Assembly: GCA_947165685.1 (NCBI GenBank)
Contig: CAMVBK010000004.1
Coordinates: 35,749 to 99,748, forward strand
Length of the DNA stretch: 64,000 nucleotides
DNA from: an uncultured Bacteroidales bacterium
GTDB lineage: Bacteria; Bacteroidota; Bacteroidia; Bacteroidales; WCHB1-69
Direction of reading: 5' to 3'
The notes beneath the pieces were generated by a model, which was not told the DNA's origin, searched no databases, and saw only the letters and a program-made list of their open reading frames with translations. Shown here one piece after another: positions 58,381-64,000 of the stretch; the stretch's first letter is position 1; each line of letters begins with the position of its first letter. A program made the translations under genes and the position numbers.

Positions 58381-61300
58381 ATGGCAGAAAAGAAATTTAT
58401 GACTTGTGACGGCAACCAGGCTGCGGCCCACGTTGCGTACATGTTCAGCGAAGTCGCCGCCATCTATCCTATCACCCCCTCTTCCCCGATGGCCGAGTAC
58501 ATCGACGAGTGGAGTGCAGGCGGCAGAAAGAACATTTTCGGTGAGACCGTGAAGGTCGTGGAGATGCAGTCCGAGGCCGGTGCCGCCGGCGCCGTGCACG
58601 GTTCCCTCCAGGCCGGTGCCCTCACCACCACCTACACCGCATCGCAAGGCCTCTTGCTGATGATCCCCAACATGTACAAGATCGCCGGCGAGCTGCTTCC
58701 CGGTGTCTTCCACGTCTCCGCTCGCGCCTTGGCCGCCCAGGCCTTGTCCATCTTCGGCGACCATGCCGACGTGATGAGCGCCCGCCAGACCGGTTTCGCC
58801 ATGCTGGCCACCGGCTCCGTGCAGGAGATCATGGACCTCGCCCCCGTGGCCCATCTGGCCGCCATCGAAGGCCGCGTCCCGTTCATGCACTTCTTCGACG
58901 GTTTCCGCACCTCCCACGAGATCCAGAAGGTGGAAGCCACCAACCAGGACGATGTCGCCAAGCTCCTCAACTGGGACGCCCTCAAGGCTTACCGCGAGAG
59001 AGCCCTCAACCCTGAGCACCCCGTGACCCGCGGTACCGCCCAGAACCCCGACATCTACTTCCAGACCCGCGAGCTGCAGAACCAGTACTACGACGCCCTT
59101 CCCGACATCGTGGCCAAGTACATGAAGGAGATGAGCAAGATCACCGGCCGTGAGTACGCCCCGTTCACTTACTACGGTGCGAAAGACGCCACCGACGTCA
59201 TCATCGCCATGGGCTCCATCACCGACGTCATCAAGACCGTCATCGACAAGGAGAACGCCGCCGGCAAGAAACTCGGCCTCGTGAGCGTCCACCTCTATCG
59301 CCCCTTCAGCGTGAAATACCTCATGGAAGCCATGCCGAAGAGCCTGATGGAACACGTGAAGCACATCTGTGTGCTTGACAGAACGAAGGAACCCGGTGCC
59401 AACGGCGACCCGTTGTACCTCGATGTCGTGGAAGCCTTCAAGGATTGCCCGTTCCATCCGATGATCATCGGCGGCCGCTTCGGTCTCTCCTCCAAGGACA
59501 CCACCCCGGCGCAAATCGTGGCCGTGTTCGAGAACATGATGAGCGAGAACCCGAAGAACCAGTTCACCGTCGGCATCAACGACGATGTGACCTTCAAGTC
59601 CCTCAAGGTCGGCAAGGAGATTTCCATCCTGCCGCAGGGCACGTTCGAGGCCAAGTTCTACGGTCTGGGCGCTGACGGTACCGTGGGTGCCAACAAGAAC
59701 TCCATCAAGATCATCGGCGACAACACCGACAAGTACAGCCAGGCCTACTTCGACTACGACTCCAAGAAGTCCGGCGGCTACACCTGCTCCCACCTGCGTT
59801 TCGGCGACAAGCCGATCCTGGCTCCCTACCTCGTGGGCACGCCCGATTTCGTGGCCGTCCACGTGCCTTCCTACCTGCGCAAATACGACTGTCTGCGCGG
59901 CCTGAAGGATAACGGCACCTTCCTCTACAATTCCCCGTGGGATGTGGAAGAGACCAAAAAGCATCTGCCTGATTTCGTGAAGAAATACCTGGCCCTGCAC
60001 CATATCAACATGTACATCATCGACGCCACCAAGATTGCTGCCGAGATTGGCTTGGGCAACCGCACCAACACCATCCTGCAAAGCGCCTTCTTCAAGATTT
60101 CCGGCGTCATTCCTTACGACCTCGCCGTGGAGCAGATGAAGAAATTCATCGTGAAGAGCTATGGCAAGAAGGGTGAGGACGTGGTGAACATGAACTACGC
60201 TGCCGTTGACCGCGGCGGTGAAATCACCAAGGTCGAAATCCCGGCCGAATGGGCCAACCTCGACTGCACCACCGATTTCGTCTTCGAGCACAACGACAAC
60301 GATCCCGAGTTCATCAACAAGGTGATGCGCCCGATGGTGGCACAGTGCGGCAACGACCTGCCTGTGAGCGCCTTCAAGGACATCGTTGACGGCACGTTCC
60401 CGGCCGGCACCACCGCTTACGAGAAACGCGGTGTCGCCACGATGGTTCCCGAGTGGGATCCGACCAAATGTATCCAATGTAACCAATGCTCCGTGGTTTG
60501 TCCTCACGCCGCCATCCGCCCGGTGGTGATGACCGACGAGGAGAAGGCAGGCGCCCCCACCGCCATGGCCACGGCTACCGTGAAGGTCCCGAAGGAACTC
60601 GCCGGCATGCACTTCCGTATGCAGGTTTCCGCTATGGACTGCACCGGTTGCGGCAACTGCGCCGATGTCTGTCCCGCCAAGGAGAAAGCGTTGGTGATGA
60701 AGCCGTTCGAGAGCCAGCTCGGCGAAGTCGAGAACTGGGAATACGGCCAGAAGAAAGTGACCTACAAGGACAACCTCATCGACAAATACGCCACCATCAA
60801 GAACAGCCAGTTCGCACAGCCTCTGTTCGAGTTCAGCGGCGCATGTGCCGGCTGCGGTGAGACCCCCTACATCAAGACCATCACGCAACTGTTCGGCGAG
60901 CGCATGATCGTGGCCAACGCCACGGGCTGTTCCTCCATCTATGGTGGTTCCGCTCCCGCCACGCCGTACTGCAAGAACTGCCGTACCGGTAGAGGTGTGG
61001 CATGGGCCAACAGCTTGTTCGAGGACAACGCCGAGTTCGGTCTCGGTATGGCCACCGGTTACCGCAAGCTGCGCAGCGACTTGCGCAAGAAAGCCGAAGA
61101 GCTGGTCGGCGTGACCGCTTTCGACTGGATGCGCGAAGCTACCCAAAAGTGGCTCGACACCTACGACGACACCATCGCCAACAGCGTTGCTACGGACGAA
61201 TTCATCGCCGCTTTGGAGAAGGCCATCCTTCCCATTGACGGTTGCATTGACTTCTGGAACGGCCAGGGCAAGGAGCTCTACGGTGCTGAAGTTGCCGCAC

Positions 61301-62064
61301 AGAAACTGCAGGAAGCCAAGGACGCCAAGGCTGCCGGCAGCCCCATCTGCCCGTGTCACGGTTGTGAACTGGAGAGCGAGCTGTTAGCCAACAAAGACTT
61401 CCTGGCCAAACGCAGCCAGTGGATCTTCGGTGGTGACGGTTGGGCTTACGACATCGGTTTCGGCGGTCTGGACCACGTGCTGGCCAGCGGCGAGGATGTC
61501 AACGTGCTCGTGCTCGACACGGAAGTCTATTCCAACACGGGTGGTCAGTCTTCAAAGGCTACGCCTGCCGGTGCTGTCGCCAAGTTTGCCGCTTCCGGCA
61601 AGAAGGTGCGCAAGAAAGACCTCGGCATGATCGCCAAGAGCTACGGCTATGTGTATGTGGCACAGGTCGCTATGGGCGCCAGCCAGGCACAGTACTTCAA
61701 GGCCATCAAGGAGGCCGAGGCTTATCCGGGACCGTCATTGGTCATCTGCTACGCTCCTTGTATCAACCACGGCATCAAGGTGGGCATGGGTCGCACGCAG
61801 CACGAAGAGGCCAAAGCCGTAGAATGCGGTTACTGGCACCTGTGGCGTTTCAACCCTGCCGAGGAAGATGCCGGCAAGAACGGTTTCCACCTCGACAGCA
61901 AGGAACCCGACTGGAGCAAGTTCCAAGACTTCATCATGGGCGAGGTCCGTTACAACAGCCTGTTGAAGACCTTCCCGGCTGAAGCCAAGGAGCTCTTCGC
62001 TAAGACCGAGCAGTTCGCGAAACTGAGATACGAAGGGTATAAAAAGTTGAGCGAGGAGAAGTAA
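58381..62064 (+). CDS. nifJ: Pyruvate:ferredoxin (flavodoxin) oxidoreductase
   Basis: YPITPSS, EMQSEAGAAG, two CxxCxxCxxxCP motifs, FEFSGACAGCGETPY and GGDGWAYDIG. TACCTTTG box at 58307-58314. Confidence 0.97.
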   Translation: MAEKKFMTCDGNQAAAHVAYMFSEVAAIYPITPSSPMAEYIDEWSAGGRKNIFGETVKVVEMQSEAGAAGAVHGSLQAGALTTTYTASQGLLLMIPNMYKIAGELLPGVFHVSARALAAQALSIFGDHADVMSARQTGFAMLATGSVQEIMDLAPVAHLAAIEGRVPFMHFFDGFRTSHEIQKVEATNQDDVAKLLNWDALKAYRERALNPEHPVTRGTAQNPDIYFQTRELQNQYYDALPDIVAKYMKEMSKITGREYAPFTYYGAKDATDVIIAMGSITDVIKTVIDKENAAGKKLGLVSVHLYRPFSVKYLMEAMPKSLMEHVKHICVLDRTKEPGANGDPLYLDVVEAFKDCPFHPMIIGGRFGLSSKDTTPAQIVAVFENMMSENPKNQFTVGINDDVTFKSLKVGKEISILPQGTFEAKFYGLGADGTVGANKNSIKIIGDNTDKYSQAYFDYDSKKSGGYTCSHLRFGDKPILAPYLVGTPDFVAVHVPSYLRKYDCLRGLKDNGTFLYNSPWDVEETKKHLPDFVKKYLALHHINMYIIDATKIAAEIGLGNRTNTILQSAFFKISGVIPYDLAVEQMKKFIVKSYGKKGEDVVNMNYAAVDRGGEITKVEIPAEWANLDCTTDFVFEHNDNDPEFINKVMRPMVAQCGNDLPVSAFKDIVDGTFPAGTTAYEKRGVATMVPEWDPTKCIQCNQCSVVCPHAAIRPVVMTDEEKAGAPTAMATATVKVPKELAGMHFRMQVSAMDCTGCGNCADVCPAKEKALVMKPFESQLGEVENWEYGQKKVTYKDNLIDKYATIKNSQFAQPLFEFSGACAGCGETPYIKTITQLFGERMIVANATGCSSIYGGSAPATPYCKNCRTGRGVAWANSLFEDNAEFGLGMATGYRKLRSDLRKKAEELVGVTAFDWMREATQKWLDTYDDTIANSVATDEFIAALEKAILPIDGCIDFWNGQGKELYGAEVAAQKLQEAKDAKAAGSPICPCHGCELESELLANKDFLAKRSQWIFGGDGWAYDIGFGGLDHVLASGEDVNVLVLDTEVYSNTGGQSSKATPAGAVAKFAASGKKVRKKDLGMIAKSYGYVYVAQVAMGASQAQYFKAIKEAEAYPGPSLVICYAPCINHGIKVGMGRTQHEEAKAVECGYWHLWRFNPAEEDAGKNGFHLDSKEPDWSKFQDFIMGEVRYNSLLKTFPAEAKELFAKTEQFAKLRYEGYKKLSEEK

Positions 62065-62102
62065 TCCCGCAGTTTATCATTTTGTAAATATGATAAATAT
62101 TT

Positions 62103-62134
62103 AACTGGGTGGCTCGAAAGGGCCGCCCAGTTTT
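62103..62134 (+). terminator. Intrinsic terminator after nifJ
   Basis: aactgggtggctc-gaaa-gggccgcccagtt-tt. Confidence 0.75.
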
Positions 62135-62159
62135 AAAAATAGAAGATTGTGAAATAAAG

Positions 62160-62441
62160 ATGGAAGAATCGAAAATTAAAGGAAAGAAAATAGAATGTTT
62201 TATTGGTATTCTATTTCTGATACCACCAGTACTTGGTGTAATTGCATTTATTTTATGCATATTTGGATGCGAATGGGAATTCGCAACATTTTATAATTTG
62301 TCTGGTGAATGGACTGCATGTATTAGCTTCGACCATGGAGGTGGTGGCGGGATGTCGGCTGCTCCAATCTATTTGGGATTAATGGCTATTGCCGGGGGAT
62401 GGCTTGTAAAAGATTCCATTCATTATCTATTTAAAAAGTAA
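62160..62441 (+). CDS. Small two-TM hypothetical protein (AT-rich island)
   Basis: ATG at 62160. Two hydrophobic helices flank GGGGGMSAAPIYLGLMAIAG. Confidence 0.6.
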   Translation: MEESKIKGKKIECFIGILFLIPPVLGVIAFILCIFGCEWEFATFYNLSGEWTACISFDHGGGGGMSAAPIYLGLMAIAGGWLVKDSIHYLFKK

Positions 62442-62459
62442 TAAAAACTGACAGAGAAT

Positions 62460-62825
62460 ATGGATATTAGCGAATTCATCAAAGAAACAATTCGTGAAGT
62501 AAGCAATGGTGTATATCAAGCATCAATAGATTGCAGTCAATTAGGAATTATTGTCAACCCAACAATCACAGTTGGAGAAAACGGAGAGTACTTTATTCCT
62601 CGCAAACCATCTTCTGCTGCTATGCAAAGACGCGTGCAGAAGATAGATTTTGATATTGCCGTTGAGGTTGCTGAATCTGAAGAAGCAAGTGGAGAAGGAG
62701 GATTATCTGTTCGTGTGTTTACTGCGAAAGGGAACATTTCAACGAAAACAACTAACTCTACAGTTAATAGAGTCAGTTTTTCCGTGCCTATATGTCTACC
62801 AACCCAGGATTGTTTTGATGAATAA
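62460..62825 (+). CDS. Hypothetical protein, Trypco2-like pattern
   Basis: MDISEFIKETI...IDFDIAV...GGLSV...NRVSFSVPI. The family resemblance is by eye only. Confidence 0.55.
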   Translation: MDISEFIKETIREVSNGVYQASIDCSQLGIIVNPTITVGENGEYFIPRKPSSAAMQRRVQKIDFDIAVEVAESEEASGEGGLSVRVFTAKGNISTKTTNSTVNRVSFSVPICLPTQDCFDE

Positions 62826-62857
62826 ATAGTAATTGTAACAAATTAAAGTCTTCTGAA

Positions 62858-64000
62858 ATGGAAGAAATCATTATTAAATCTTTTGCGGGTAGGCAACACA
62901 GGAATACTCCTTTCAAATATTGGAAATATAGATACGCTTTGGCTATTGACAAAGTTGAAAAAGAAAATGGTTGGGTAGAATATTACGTCACGCATAAGTG
63001 CGTTGGGACTATAAGTAATCGTCGTAAAGGTATTGCGATAGTACATAGTGGTAATGTTTTCTATCTAATTGATAGAAATGATAATGAGATTTTTTCTACT
63101 ACTAATAAATTGATTCGCATATTTGGCGGATATTATGTTTCTTTAGGTGAGTATCGATTCAATTACAGAACCTTCTCTGGCCAAGATCGCGACACGGAGT
63201 TCGAAACAACAACTATTATTTATGATATATATGATGAGGACGGAAAACAGTTAAATAGTGAACAAACGTCAGAATTCTTTAAGTCTACGAATGTTCTTCA
63301 AGCTATGATGGTGGTTGAAATTGGAGAAGATAGGGCGTACTACAAGAATGCGTTATATCATTTGAGTGATTATAGCCTTATTACTAAATTTCAAAAGAAT
63401 ATCCGTCTTGAAGGAACATTTATCAATGGACGTTGCAAAGTTAGGATTTTAGAGGATGACCGAGATTTTATTGTGGCTGTGTTTGAACACAAGATTCATC
63501 ATGTTTTTGACGAGGGTGAGTTTAAGAGGTTAATAACGATGTTGGACTTGAATGTTAAAGAAGAAAATTGCATTTATGGTGTGTCAACAATGGTTAAACG
63601 AGATGAAATTGAAGATATGGATTATGTTTTTGATTATTATCCTATAGCTGAAATCTCAATTGAAGGTTACCATGCATCTGCTCCAACAATAATCAATCAT
63701 CATTACGAGACTTTTCGAATTGAGCCATTGTTTACCGATGATTACATTGAGCGTTTTAAGGCACCTGGATTGATTGATCATGTAATAAGTGTCATGGCAT
63801 GTAAGTATTATAAACATGATAGGAGTCCTAGATATTTGCACATTCCTTATAATGGATATAAGCAACTCCGTGAATCCATGTCTATAATTAATGATAATCG
63901 TCCTAATTACATCAAAAAAATAGTGAAATTGGGGAAATACAACATTTTGGCAAAAGAGTACGAAATATACCGTTTTGAGTGTCGCCCTTATGGGTATATA
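62858..64000 (+). CDS. AT-rich hypothetical protein, 3'-truncated by the window edge (absent from the ORF track)
   Basis: Manual translation from ATG 62858 (MEEIIIKSFAGRQHRN...YRFECRPYGYI) is open for 381 codons to the end of the window. Confidence 0.75.
   Translation, partial: MEEIIIKSFAGRQHRNTPFKYWKYRYALAIDKVEKENGWVEYYVTHKCVGTISNRRKGIAIVHSGNVFYLIDRNDNEIFSTTNKLIRIFGGYYVSLGEYRFNYRTFSGQDRDTEFETTTIIYDIYDEDGKQLNSEQTSEFFKSTNVLQAMMVVEIGEDRAYYKNALYHLSDYSLITKFQKNIRLEGTFINGRCKVRILEDDRDFIVAVFEHKIHHVFDEGEFKRLITMLDLNVKEENCIYGVSTMVKRDEIEDMDYVFDYYPIAEISIEGYHASAPTIINHHYETFRIEPLFTDDYIERFKAPGLIDHVISVMACKYYKHDRSPRYLHIPYNGYKQLRESMSIINDNRPNYIKKIVKLGKYNILAKEYEIYRFECRPYGYI

Noticed and set aside
58372-61359. 995-aa antisense ORF over nifJ, and similar long antisense ORFs (5665-7833, 47815-49401, 31783-33462, 51108-52589, 52824-54239)
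   Set aside because: These are shadow frames produced by strong GC3 codon bias in well-supported genes on the opposite strand, and they carry no recognisable motifs.

Overview
Chromosomal segment of a Bacteroidales-type (gut/rumen-like) bacterium. The assignment rests on recurrent TAnnTTTG -7 promoter boxes, PorV and a T9SS-CTD cargo protein, GH97 and S46 enzymes, and signal peptides with Gln at +1. Most of the window is housekeeping and catabolic genes: DAHP synthase/chorismate mutase, recG, coaE-yajC-nusB, ispF-porV, three GH97 glycosidases, msrA, a Y-family polymerase, PNP-lpxK-phoH, tRNA-Gln, udk, mtnN, DPP7, an AlgI/AlgJ-type pair, upp, purB and PFOR. It opens inside a fused TldD/TldE-like ORF and ends in an AT-rich island of orphan ORFs. 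No CRISPR array, rRNA, transposase, integrase or reverse transcriptase was recognised, and I cannot claim a complete new multi-gene system. The most unusual signals are small: (i) a REP-like palindrome family present both intergenically and in frame inside an insertion shared by two GH97 paralogs; (ii) several 7/8-bp tandem arrays, three of which start at a stop codon; (iii) a 48-bp duplication of a gene start bracketing an oppositely oriented gene; (iv) an orphan higB with a nonsense codon followed by a long hairpin where higA is expected; (v) a Bacillus-type purB and a porV lacking an adjacent porU. Protein calls come from motifs recognised by eye, not from database searches.
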